64,000 nt of DNA from Callorhinchus milii (lineage: Eukaryota). The notes beneath the pieces were generated by a model. That model did not search any database. It was given only the letters and a program-made list of their open reading frames with translations, and was not told the DNA's origin. Position numbers and translations under genes: made by a program. The stretch is from NCBI RefSeq assembly GCF_018977255.1, contig NW_024704742.1:103046001-103110000 (forward strand), given 5' to 3'. Below, in pieces: positions 24,935-37,109 of the stretch; the stretch's first letter is position 1; the number at the start of each line of letters is the position of its first letter.

Positions 24935-25695
24935 AGGATCCCTCTGCCTCCTTGTCCTCCTGGAACTCTCCGCCGCGTTCGACACGGTCGATCATGCCAT
25001 CCTCCTCCACCGCCTTTCCTCCGTCATCCACCTCAGTGGGACCGCACTCGCCTGGTTCGAGTCCTACCTCACAAACCGCCAGCAGTACAGCTGCACAAGC
25101 CGCTGAAACGCTGGTCCATGCCTTTGTCACCTCTCGGCTGGACTACTCTAACGCCCTCCTTGCCGGTCTCCCATCCACTACCATCCATAAAATCCAAATC
25201 ATTCAAAACTCTGCCACCCGCTTTCTCACCTGCACCAAACTCCACTCCCCGATCACCCCAGTCCTTGCCAGACTGCACTGGCTGCCTATCCCAGAGAGGA
25301 TCGATTTCAAGATCCTCACCCTTGTCTTCAAGTCCCTGCACTCCTCTGCACCCCCCTACATCTTTGACCTCCTCTCTCCTCAAAACAGTACCCGTTGTCT
25401 TCGTTCCTTCGGGTCTGGCCTCCTCCTTGTCCCCCGAGTCCTCCGCTCCACCCTCGGTGGCCGTGCCTTCAGCCACTATGCCCAAGGCTCTGGAACTGCC
25501 TTTCTCACTCCCTTCGTCTCGTTCTCTCCCTTCCCATTTTCAGGTCTCTGCTGAAAACCTTTCTTTTCGACCGTGCCTTTCGTCACCTTCCTCCCCTTCT
25601 CCCTAGCTTGGTCCTGGGATCTGTTACTGTAAAGCGCTCTGAGACACCATCAGGCGTGGAGGACGCTGTATAAATCCAAGTTGTTGTTGTTGTTG
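24935..25695 (+). mobile_element. L2 fragment with internal deletion
   Basis: [20 protein letters not shown] joined to [36 protein letters not shown]; (ttg)n tail. Confidence 0.92.
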
Positions 25696-25740
25696 ATTGA
25701 TCCCTTCATCGTTTTTCTGTCAAGCAAATCATACATGTAT

Positions 25741-26180
25741 GTCAGCCTGGCACAGTTTGTCGCATTCCCACCTCTGAGTCAGAGGATATGGGTTCAAGCT
25801 TATGTCAGGATTCAGAATTCATTAAGTGTAGGGTGACACTCCAGTGCAGGCCTCCGGCTGTGCTGTATTATTGGAAATGTCATCTTTCAGATGAGGTGTT
25901 CAAGCGCTTTCAGACGTCTCAATGATGTGATAAGACAATATTACAAATGCAAGGATTATTATGCTAAACTGATGTCCTGCCTATATATTCTGGTGGACGT
26001 TAAAAATCCCATGGCACATTTGAAAAGAAAAGGGAGTTTCTCCCAGTGTCCTGGCAAACAATCTCCCAAATAAAATTTGTATTTCACTCCATGGCTGTTT
26101 GTGGGACATTGCTGTGCATAATTGGCTACTGTATTCACCCACAAGGTACACAGTAACTCCATTTTACAGTACAGTTGGGA
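25741..26180 (+). mobile_element. Deu-domain SINE (SacSINE1/AmnSINE-like), with a SINE tail inserted at about 25900-25962
   Basis: tRNA-like head gtcagcctggcacagtt..cctctgagtcaga..gggttcaag; tgacactccagtgcag; ggtggacgttaaaaatcccatggcac; ccagtgtcctggc; gctgtttgtgggacattgctgtgc. Confidence 0.75.
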
Positions 26181-26401
26181 TGCAATATATACTTTGGGGC
26201 ACGACATGTCAAGCGAGTGCCAGGTTGGTTGAAAGTGAAATGGATGGACCTTGGACTTCTTTCACCGAGCAAATTCTTATGTTGTTTTGATCTCAAGTCT
26301 GGTGGAGTGCTTTGAGACATCTTCCTGAAATGAAAGGCGCCATACCAAATGTAAAGATTTATTATTATTATATCCCACATACACAACCACAATAACCATT
26401 C

Positions 26402-26875
26402 TCACAGTCACCCCTTTTGTTTCCTATGCCTCTCTGTTTAAATATATTGAGTCGCACTTTAAATACTTTTTTTAAAAGTATTTAACGTTTTTGAAACTTA
26501 TGGTGACATCAAGTCTGACTTTAGTGCGGATTGTGTGGATAGGAAGGTGTACTGTTTCCCTATTGGTCACCTAAAGGATGATTTTGATTAGACTATAAGA
26601 AAGGCAATTACCATCGGGTGCCCTAATTTAAGGAGGGGCTCAATGCCCATAAAAGAACAAGCGCCATGTGCTCGTGGTCGCTATTTTTTTACCTGATGAC
26701 AACAAAGGTACATGCTCTGACTATTGATGACTAGTAGTCAGAGGTTGGTGCATTAACTTCATTACAAGTGGCTGGTGGCGGCTGCTGTTGAGTTAACTTA
26801 TCTGTGCTTAACTCAAGCTTTTTGTATAAATCAAAGAAGGAGGGAGTACACAAAGAAGGTTCAGCCTAAGTCACA
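26402..26875 (+). repeat. Unclassified interspersed repeat, possibly a solo LTR (copy A)
   Basis: Several blocks match 39362-39781 in inverted orientation. Contains attgg and tataa motifs. Confidence 0.6.
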
Positions 26876-27019
26876 GAGGTGTAAGATAAACCTCTGATTG
26901 ACTGAAGCTTCCCAATTTGCTTTAATTTAAATAGCAATTGGTAGTGCCTGTTGTCGTGGAAGAACTTTTTAGTCAAGTTACACCTAGTTATAGGACTTAC
27001 AGTTATAGGACCTAGTTAT

Positions 27020-30000
27020 AGGTCTCGGCATGCGGGTTATGGCTGCTGCCACTGACCCGAGCTGCTTCCCCAAAATGCGCCCACCCCTGTCCTCTACCCT
27101 CACTTACTCCTGCTCGGTTCTCCTCTCCCACCACCCTCCCTGACTCCTATCCCTGCTCGACTGTCCCACAGCCTGCCTCTGCTCCAGCCTGCGAATCCTC
27201 TGTCGGTCCCACCATGGGAGTCGCCGCTGGCTGTCTAACAGCAGCCACTCTGACTGCCTGATTCCTACTCTCACTTCAAAGCTCACCGGTCCCCAACCAC
27301 AGGGGCCAACCTCTCCTCCCTGATCCACATCCCTACCCTCCCTATCAGTCCCCCCGCTCCCCCGCCTCAGCCCCTACATTCCCCCACCAACTGTACCCTC
27401 TGCATCAGTCCGAAGAACGTCCGCTCCCTCTCCAATAAAACACATCATTCAAGACTTCATCATCGATGAACACATTGACATCCTCGCCCTCACTGAAACC
27501 TGGATCAATCCAGGTGACGCTTTCCCCCTGAATGAGGCCACACCACCTGGCTACACCTCCCATCACACCCCTCGGCCTAACCGCTGTGGTGGCGGTGTTG
27601 CTCTCATCCCCTGGGCCCCGCTCGGCCTATCCCTGTGCTCCTCTGGAACAGTCCCCTCCTTTGAGCACCTTACCCTCTATCACCCCTCTAACCTTTCCCT
27701 CAAAATTCTCTTCATCTACCGCCACCTGGCCACCCCACCATCATGTGGAGTCCTGTAGCTCAGTGGTTAAGAGCACTCGCTTTGCAAGCGAGAGACCTGA
27801 GTTCAATTCCAGGCAGGGCGAAACCTTGGGCAAGTTTCCTTACTCCACACAGAGCCTAGTAATAATCGATCCAAAAACAAAACAATAATAAATTGGTAAT
27901 TTTCAATCTACGACTGTTTGTGGGACATTGCTGTGCACAATTGGCTGCCGCGTTCGCCCATAAATATACAGTCAATTCACTTTACAGTATATTCTGTGAA
28001 GCGCTTTGGGACGTCCTCCCGACGTGAAGAGCACTATATCAAATGCAAGGATTATTATTATTATTATCATCCCCCACATTTCCACCCTTCTATCTTCCCT
28101 CTCCTCTGAATGCCTCCTCATTCTACGCAACTTCAACCTTCACTTCACCCCCTCTTGCTCTACCTCTGCTGATTTTTCCTCCCTTATCTCCTCCTTCAAC
28201 CACTCTGCCCCCACGTCCACGGTCACCCCCTTGACCTGGTGATCACGCGGGACCTTGGAGTCATCTGAACTCCTTCCCCTCGGGGCGTTCTGCCGCACTG
28301 ACCTATCCTCCTCGGTCACTCTTCTCTACAGCTCCCTCTCCTCCACTCTTGATTCCCTCGCTCCCCTCTCTTCCCGAACCATCTCCTACTCATGCAAGTC
28401 ACCTTGGTGCACCAGCCACCTCTGTTGTCTTAAAGCCCAGGTCAGTTCCGCTGAGCACACCTGGCTTAAATCAAACCTAACTATCCACCGGCGGATTTGA
28501 CTGGACCATGTCAAATCCTACCGCTCTATCCTCGCCTCTGCTAAATCGTTGTTCTACTCCAAGACAATCTTGGAGGCTAAGGACAACCGTAGGCTCCTCT
28601 TCTCCATCACGAACCAGCTCCTCTGCCCACCCTCTCACGCCTCACCCATCCTAACCTCAAATGCCAACTGCGATGCGATGTTGGACTTCTTGAATCCAAA
28701 GTCGAGGGAATCTGCTCAGCTGCCTCTGCCACTGCATCTGCTACCCCCTCCCCATGTCCTCCTCCCAGCACAGCTCCTACCCATCCCTCCCTCCACAACT
28801 TCGAATCTATCTCCCACTCCTCTCTCACCACCACTATAACCCGCATGAAATCGACCACCTGCTCCCTCGACCCCATCCCTACCCTTCTCCTTATCTCTCA
28901 AATCCACCTCCTTGCTCCTCTACTCACAGACATCATAAACCTCTCCCTGTCCTCTGGTACTGTTCCTACCCCATTAAAAATGGCCATCATTGCTCCTATC
29001 CTAAAATATCCTCCCTGAACCCATCTCTACTCACAAACTACTGCCCCAACTCCAACCTCCCCTTCCTCTCCAAGGTCCTGGAACAAGTGGTTGCTTCTCA
29101 GCTTTGCTCCTTCCTCTCCCGCCATTCCCTTCTCGAACCTCTTCAATCGGGTTTCCGTGTTGCCCACAGCACAGAAACAGCCCTGGTCAAAGTGACAAAT
29201 GACATTCTGTCAATCTGCGACCAGGGCTCCCTCTGTCTCCTTGTCATCCTTGACCTCTCTGCTGCTTTCGACACTGTTGACCACTCTATCCTCATCCACC
29301 ACCTCTTCTCTCACCTGAACCTCCATGGCATTGTCCTTGATTGGTTCAGATCGTACCTCTCACAGTGTCTGCACTTCATCTCCGCAAATGGCTTCTTCTC
29401 CAGCTCCCGGACCATTTTGTGCAGCGTTCCTCAGGGCTCTGTTCTTGTCCCCACCTCTTCAACATCTATATGCTCCTCAGGCATGGGGTCAATTTCCACA
29501 TGTATGCGGATGACACCCAACTCTACCTCTCTGCCTCCACCCTTGACTCAAGGACCACTGCTGTCCTGACAGAATGTCTGTCAGACATCAAATCCTGGAT
29601 GAAAGTTAACTTTCTTCAGTTGAACGTCAACAAGGGGCTCTCCTGATTGGCTCCCGCCAGCGTCTCCTCACCTCACGCTCAGACAGTATCACCATCCATA
29701 GTTGTACACTGAACCTTGCTAAGCCAGTCCGGAATCTTGGGGTCTTGTTCGACCCTCAGCTATCCTTTCTAGCCCACATACGCGCCATGATCCGCTCTGC
29801 CTTCCCCCACCTCTGCAAAGTCTGCAAAATTGTCTCACACCGCAGGCCACCAAAACCCTCATACACACCTTCATTACATCGAGGTTCGACTATGCAAACT
29901 CACTGCTTGTCAACCTCCCCAACTCTTCCCGCCACCGGCTGCAGATCATCCAGAACTCTGCAGCCCATATCCGCTCCGTGACCCTATCACCCCCATCCTT

Positions 30001-30445
30001 GCCCAACTCCACTGGCTTCCCATCACTCAGAGGATACAGTTCAAGATCCTGGTCTTCACCTTCAAAGCCCTCCATGCTCTTGCTCACCCCTACCTCTCCA
30101 ACCTCCTAACCCCTACCATCCTATTCGTTCCCTCCGCTCAGCAGGCTCTGGCCTGCTTCACGTCCCCCGCCTTGCTCGCGCCACTATCGGCGGGTGGCCC
30201 TTCTGCCACTCTGCACCCACTCTCTGGAACTCCATCCCGCAGTCCCTCCCTCTCGCCCCCTCCCTCACCACCTTCAAGACCAACCTCAAAATCCTCCTCT
30301 TCGATCGTGCTTTCAATCTCCCTACTTCCCCCCCTGCCCTCCCCGACCCCAACCCTCAGCTCGAGTCCATAACTCTGTCTGTCCAGTGCCTTGGGATGTC
30401 CTCCCAACATGAAAGGCGCTATACAAATGTAATTTTGTTGTTATA
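27020..30445 (+). mobile_element. Near full-length decayed L2 LINE (APE + RT), interrupted by a SINE
   Basis: NVRSLSNK and DILALTETW (27416-27503); cacggtcacccccttgacctggtgatc; [67 protein letters not shown]; tail ends near 30443. Confidence 0.95.
27745..28065 (+). mobile_element. tRNA-Ala SINE nested in the L2 endonuclease region
   Basis: Full copy. atcat on both flanks (27740-27744, 28066-28070). Confidence 0.95.
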
Positions 30446-30564
30446 TTCATTAGTGAGGATTGAACACAGAGGCCATCCAGTACACTCTGCGAGGTAGAGC
30501 GAGTCATATTGTGGGTGTACATACAAGGATGATAGAACCGTCTCAACTTCCACGGACCATTCAC

Positions 30565-30716
30565 CCTTTGAGACAAATACAAAACTGGTGAATGTTGAAA
30601 ATATGAAATAAAACTGCAAAATGCTGGAAATGGGTCAAAGGTCAATCTGTTTCTGAAGGAGAAAGATAGAGAAAGAGAAAGCTGGTGTTTTGGTTAGTGA
30701 CGTTTCATCAGAACTC
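30565..30716 (-). mobile_element. Decayed Penelope-type terminal repeat
   Basis: aaaatgctggaaat..tttcatcagaact resembles the arms at 54750-54995. The minus strand reads CTGATGA. Confidence 0.45.
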
Positions 30717-30999
30717 TTACAGGCATGTTTGAGCAATATCCTTTTAAGGAAAACTTTAATAATAACACTGGCGTTTAGAGCAGCACTTGTTATGTTGAAA
30801 GGTCTCCAGCACTTCGTACCTTGAGTTAGAAACATTCAAAACGTTCACATTTTTTTGAGTTACCGTACGGCACACCAAGATTACTTTTAAACAGTAATCA
30901 GAGGAAAAGCGCTATATCAAATGCAAAGATTATTATTATAATTTTCAAAAGTTCATTGTTGTTGCAAAACACTCAGCTCTGTTACCAACAAAGAAACAA

Positions 31000-31262
31000 A
31001 GGGAAAGGCTAGATTTTTCTTTAACGCAGAGAGTTATGAATGACTTACTGAAAACGACGTTTGAAGCACAATCCATGATATCTTTTAAAAGAGAGAACAC
31101 AAATATTTGATAAAACAAAATATAAAAGGCTGCAGTGAAAGGCTAGGGGGAGGGGTGGGGGAGATGGGAGAGGGAGGTTGAGCAATGGTTAGCTTTTACA
31201 GAGCCTGCATGGGTAGGATGGGCCAAGTGTTCCCTTCTGTGCTGTGAAATTTGATGATTCTA
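31000..31262 (+). mobile_element. Decayed CR1 3' end
   Basis: ttttctttaacgcagagagttatgaa; gatgggccaagtgttcccttctgtgctgt..tgattcta. Confidence 0.55.
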
Positions 31263-31954
31263 TTCCTGGGATGACTGTGGAAACATTGGACCTTTTACAT
31301 TTCACATATTTTCATCTAGAATCCAGGAAATCTGCACAAGTCCCACTGAAGTTCATGGAAACAGCAGAGAGGCAAAGAAGAATTTAATACTGACCTCACC
31401 CGGGTCTGGCATTACAGTGTAGCCTTTCAGTAACTAGGACAAGTTTATTACGATCCCAAGAAGTTTACTTGGGAGGTGGAATATAGACTGGCTTCATTTT
31501 GGAACTTTTTCATGAAACCCAAACAATGTTTTCAGGGAAGATAAATGTGTATTTATTAATTTTAAGAGCTCAGCTGGCAAATTAAATACGTTAGCACATT
31601 GCCTAAACAGCTATTTCAACCCTATATATGCTTAAAAAGATGAAGGGCTGGGAGGGTTGGACTGGCATTCAAACTCAGATCTGGTCTTTTGTCAACCAAT
31701 TGAGCTACCCAAAATATAGTGGTTTGGATTAAAGTATTAAAGTATATCATAAGATTGGTTTGGATGAAGAAAGTCCTTTGCCATATTTGATCTGATCCTT
31801 CCAGAATACACACCCTCTCTTCTTCCCACAACAGCATCAAGCTGTTTTTAAACATTGAAGTGTGCATGAGCACTACGTGGTCAGATTGGCAAGGGTCAGA
31901 TTGGCGCATGGTGGCTGCCTATTGGCAAGGCAGGCTTCCCTGGCTGTATATGCT

Positions 31955-32131
31955 GCAGGTGGTCGGCCTGGGCGGCGGGTGGTCGGCCTGGGCGGCGGGT
32001 GGTCGGCCTGGGCGGCGGGTGGTCGGCCTGGCCGGCGGGTGGTCGGCCTGGGCGGCGGGTGGTCGGCCTGAGCGGCGGGTGGTCGGCCTGGGCGGCGGGT
32101 GGTCGGCCTGGGCGGCAGGTGGTCGGCCTGG
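31955..32131. repeat. GC-rich minisatellite, 20-bp unit GGTCGGCCTGGGCGGCGGGT, about 8.5 copies
   Basis: ggtcggcctg recurs every 20 bp from 31961 to 32121 (9 times). Single-base variants near 32032, 32071 and 32117. Confidence 0.98.
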
Positions 32132-33054
32132 ATTAACTGTTCGGTGGGGGGTGGGAAGAGAAGAGGTTCACCACTTTATAAAATGGGCATGTTTTTCCTG
32201 CCTGGAATGAGTTTGGGTTAGAAACAGCTGTCAGGCTGATGGGGTTTCAGTTACTTGTGATAAAAGTTCTAGTTTTTCGATAAAGCAATGGCTGGTTACT
32301 ACCAATGTTCCTCTACCACACTAACTGCTGCCAAGTTATTTTGAGGACAAGGTCAAATAGATCTGCAGTTTGGATTTAGCCCACACATTGCCTGATTTGG
32401 GAGTCTTTCATGTCGAGACTCTTCCATTTCCCAGCACTGATAACTTTCACTTTGATAAGCACAAACACATAAAGCAAAATGTAATAAGTGTGCTGTGCTT
32501 AACTATTGGCTTTTTTAAAATGGTGAATGGCATTTATTGCTGTAACACATTTTAAAACTGCTCACTTCTATACTAGAATGTTATTTTATTAATAATAATC
32601 CTTGCATTTGACGCAGCACATTTGTTGTCGGTGGTGCGGGGTAATGTTTCAAAGCACATTACATGATGCACTGTAAAGTGTAGTGTCTGTATATTATGTA
32701 GGCCAGGACACCAGGAGAAACTCATTTCTTTCAAGTAGTTCATTGGGATCTTTAGCGTCCACCTGAACAGGCAGACAACATCTTGGTTTAATGTTGGTTT
32801 AATATATTGCTTATCACATTGGGAGGATGTCTCAACGTGCTTCACACAACTGACTGCGAGCCTGAACTGGAGTGGAGAGAAAGGAGGAGCTGAGAAGGGA
32901 AGGGGAAAGGAGTTCAAAAGTACGGTTGAAGAGAAATATTTTAAAGCTGGTTTTGAAGGAGAGCTACGAGGGAACAAGGAGAGACTCTGGGATGGGGATT
33001 ATAATATATAAGAATTATCATTGTATTTGATTTTTTTGGTCAGCTCGGTGCGGC

Positions 33055-34303
33055 GCTGTCCTTGACTGCTTCAGATCGTACCCCTCACACCGCCTGCACT
33101 TCAACACCTCAAACAGCTTCTCCTCCAGCCCCCACACCCTCTCGTGCGGCGTTCCTCAGGGCTCTGTCCTTGGTCCCCTCCTCTTTAATATCTACATGCT
33201 CCTTCTTGGTGACATCATCTGCAGACATGGGGTCAACTTCCACATGTGTGCAGATGACACCCAACTCTACCTCTCTGCCTCTACCCTTGACTCCAAGTCC
33301 TGGAGAGCTAACTTCCTTCAGTTGAATGTCAACAAGACCACGGCCTCCTTATTGGCTCCCGTCAGCGCCTCCTCACCTCAGGCGCTGACAGCATCACCAT
33401 CCATGGTTGCACATTCCACCTTGCTAAGCCAGTCCGGAAACTTGGGGTCTTGTTTGACCCTCAACAACAACAACAACGATTGCAAATTTATAGTGCCTTT
33501 CATATTAGGAGGACGTCCCAAGGCGCTGGACAGTGTACAGCATTTCAGACCCGAGCTGAGGTTAGCGGGGAGAAGGGAGGGGAAGTGGGGTGGCTGATGG
33601 CATGGTCGAAGAGGAGGGTTTTGAGGTGCACTATCTGCACTACGACCCATTCTGCCATCCCCCAATTCCATAACATCGCCCAGCTCCAAAACTGTCTCAC
33701 ACCGCAGGCAGCCGAAACCCTCATACATGCTTTCATTACATTGAGGCTCAACTATGCAAATTCTTTGCTTGTCGGCCTCCCTAACTCCTCCCTCCACAGG
33801 CTGCAGATCATACAGAGCTCTGCAGCCCATGTCCTCTCCTGCACTAGGCTCCGAGACCCTAACACCCCCATCCTTGCCCAACTCCACTGGCTGCCCATCA
33901 CACAGAGGATACAGTTCAAGATTCTGGTCCTCACCTTCAAAGCCCTCCATGGTCTTGCTCCCCCCTAGCTCTCCAACCTCCTAACTACCTACCATCCTGT
34001 TCGCTCCCTCCGCTCAGCGAGCTCCGGTCTTCTTTACGTCCCCTGCCTTGCTCGCCCCCCTTCTTCCACTCTGCTCCCACCCTCTGGAACTCCATCCCAT
34101 ATTCCTTCTGTCTCGCCCCCTCCCTCGCCACCTGCAAGACCCACCTCAAGACCCTCTTCTTCGACCGTGCTTTCGATCTCCCTGCTTTCCCCCCTGCCCT
34201 CCCCCACCTGGACCTCCATCTCGGGTCTGTGACTCTGTCTGTTCAATGCCTTGGGACGTCCTCCAGATGTGAAAGGTGCTTTACAAATGTAATTTGGTTG
34301 TTG
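33055..34303 (+). mobile_element. L2 RT and 3' fragment, interrupted by an opposite-strand L2 tail (about 33462-33626)
   Basis: ggcgttcctcagggctctgtccttggtcccctc; [37 protein letters not shown]; (caa)n tail of the nested copy at 33462. Confidence 0.92.
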
Positions 34304-34339
34304 TCTGACACATATGAAAATCCATCACTATGCTTAAGT

Positions 34340-34620
34340 GCATCCAAATCAAATGGAGAGTTCTATGCATCCCACCTACACATAGAAATTCTTGTGTATT
34401 GGAATGGAATGCACACTCTCTCCCTGGACGGACGCATCTTGCTTACCTAATTCCGAAAAATCATAGGCGCAGATTGGCAAGAACCAAGGCTTGGGAACCC
34501 CAGAGTGTGTATTGGGATACTGCTGGAGTTTAACTAGCTAAAACCACATAGCTTGCCATTGATATCTCTGTCTGGTAAACTTTCCCGCTGCTTGTCCAGC
34601 TAGAACCCCCCCTACCCATT
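34340..34620. repeat. Unclassified repeat (copy 1)
   Basis: Colinear similarity to 42371-42644. Confidence 0.65.
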
Positions 34621-35624
34621 CGGGCTTTGATCATTCAGGTTTAATAGAAACTGAGTGGGATGACTCCCTCCCCTCAGTGACTGGTCTGCCCTTCCAGGTC
34701 CTGCTGATAAGCAAGGCTGGCTGTGCTATCATCAGTGGTCCTGCTTGGCTCAGGAACCGGACTACCAAGACTTCTGACATTCTATTGCCAATCGTGTTGC
34801 CTTGAAACTAGTTCAGCTTCAAGAAGACCCAGCTTACCTTCTCCCCAAAGAGGATAGTCACTGGTTGGTCATTTGACATCTGGCAAGCACATTTGATATA
34901 GAGACTTTTACATTAAGAGGGGTGTCTCAAAGTGACAAATTTGCTTATTTGGCACACAAAACACAAAGTTACTGCACTTTAATGGTAAATCCTGTGAAGC
35001 ACTTGGAGACATCCTTTTGATATGAAAGGTGCTTTGTCAAAATCAAGGATTTTTTTATTATATAAAAATTGTTGTTGTTATAATTAGTCTTATACCTACA
35101 GACAGCAGCTGAGTAATGTGGAGGTGTACAATTACAGTAATCTAATATGTGCAGGAAATATGGAACAAAACTAATAGCCAATCCACTTTACAGAGAGCGG
35201 AATCTATCATGAGCATCTCAATTGGCTTTAAGTGTCTCTGCCCCGAAAACACCTTCCTAATTTTAACTGAGGAATCTTACAGCTCTCTGCAGCTGCCCCC
35301 TCCCGTGGGTCCCAACAAATCTATCCTTTCGCCACGCAGCCTTGTTCCAAAGAACAGTTTACAAAGTAAAATTTGCCCAGAATATACCAGATTATTTTAC
35401 AGAAAAGTATGCAAGCAGCGGAATGTACTCCTGAATGTATGGCCACAAGGTTTGTTTTGGTGTTGAGCCAAATTCACAACAGCTGCCTGCTCTCATTATA
35501 GAACAAATTCACTGGTGTTTTGCTGTTTGATTAACTTTAACCCCTGAGCTTCAGAGGTTCCTCACATATCGACTGATTATTTTATAATATTAACAAAACA
35601 TGTGGTCCATCAAATAAACTTTGT

Positions 35625-36145
35625 AATAATCCTTACAATTGGTGTAACACCTATAAAGTGGTAGCGACTGGATATTTGTAGGTGAACTACAGCCAACTTG
35701 TGACTAGGAATGCCCTGCAATCCACCATGAAGTGAATAATCTTTTTTTATTATCTGGGGGATGGTTCACCAGAGCACCAGGAAAAACTCTTCTTTGTTTT
35801 TCAAATAGTGCTATGGGATATTTAACATCCGCCTGAACAGGCAGATGAGCCTCAGTTTAACATCTCATCCAAAGGACAGAGCCTGTAACAAAGCAACTCT
35901 CTCTCAACATCACAAAGATACCATTGATACTATTCAAAAAGAGAGGGGAGTTTCTCCCAGTGTCCTGGCCAACAATTTCCCGACAAAAATAATTATTACC
36001 TTCAGAGCTGTTTGTGGGACATTGCAATGTTCCAATTAGCTGCTGCATTCGCTTACAAAATATAATCAATCCACTTTACAATATATTCTATGAAATGCTT
36101 TGAGATGTCGTCCCAGGTGAAAGATGAAAGGTACAATATCAAATA
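35625..36145. mobile_element. Two Deu-domain SINE fragments head-to-head (minus about 35625-35880, plus about 35925-36145)
   Basis: gtgctatgggatatttaacatccgcctgaacaggcaga (minus); gggagtttctcccagtgtcctggccaac..gctgtttgtgggacattgc (plus). Confidence 0.65.
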
Positions 36146-37109
36146 TCAATGGGAGCTGGGAGAGGAAAGCCTTGAACCTTGAGGAGGACCACAGCCAGTC
36201 CTCTGAGCAACCCCAATCCAGGGCCCCAGCTCCCTGTTGACCCTCTCCCAATTCGACACTAGGGCTCACCCATTTCCAGATGTTCTCACTTCTGATTGGC
36301 CAATAACTGAGTTTTACTTAGTCCCCAAAATATTTTCACCCACCACCTATTCTAATATGATTAATATTCTAGTTGAATTCCTCAAGACAAAATGGCATAG
36401 AATACAAATGTTTCTGTAATACAACAGTTTCAATCTGTTTGTACCATTTGGATATAATTTATTAAATATGATAGAAGAAAGAATTTGTATTTTTAAAACA
36501 TATGAGAATTTACTATTTTATACATTTCATTGAGTTCTCTTGTTGCTTAACTGGCTTCTTCCTCCCCTTTACATTTGTCATCAGTTTTGTTACTATTTTT
36601 TTTGGAGGTAAGAACAAGGAAAAGGTTTTGCTTTGAAGATAATGTAACAATAAGACGTTCCAACCATTTTAAACATGATAATGACTTGTTTTTCCCCCTC
36701 AGGTATATCAAAGCATATTTATTCTTTGTTTATTACACATGATGTTTTTTGCCAGTTACATGGTTCAGATTATTTATAAGCATCTGACAACCCTAAGCTC
36801 TGCATGTGATTTTTGAAAAAATTGCTCACAACAAGTATTTAGGCATCATTTGCCAACCCTGTTGAATTTGGTCCACATGGTCAGAATTACTTTTTCAGTG
36901 CCTGGACATAAATATTGTAAATCTGTAAATTCTTCAGTGGGATTTGGGCTTTGCCCAGAGGAAATGATTCTTGAACCCATTAAATTTGTTGGTGTTATTT
37001 TATAATGGGATTTGTAATTCAATGTTTGTAGATTTACAGAGCGGCAGAGAGAATACGATTTTCTCGGGTAGAAAGTACGTAAGTATAAACATCAGCTGAG
37101 GATAGGGTC

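Noticed and set aside
31860..32210. Repetitive G/W/R protein, or a CRISPR array
   Set aside because: Head-to-tail minisatellite with no unique spacers and no cas genes, in eukaryotic DNA.
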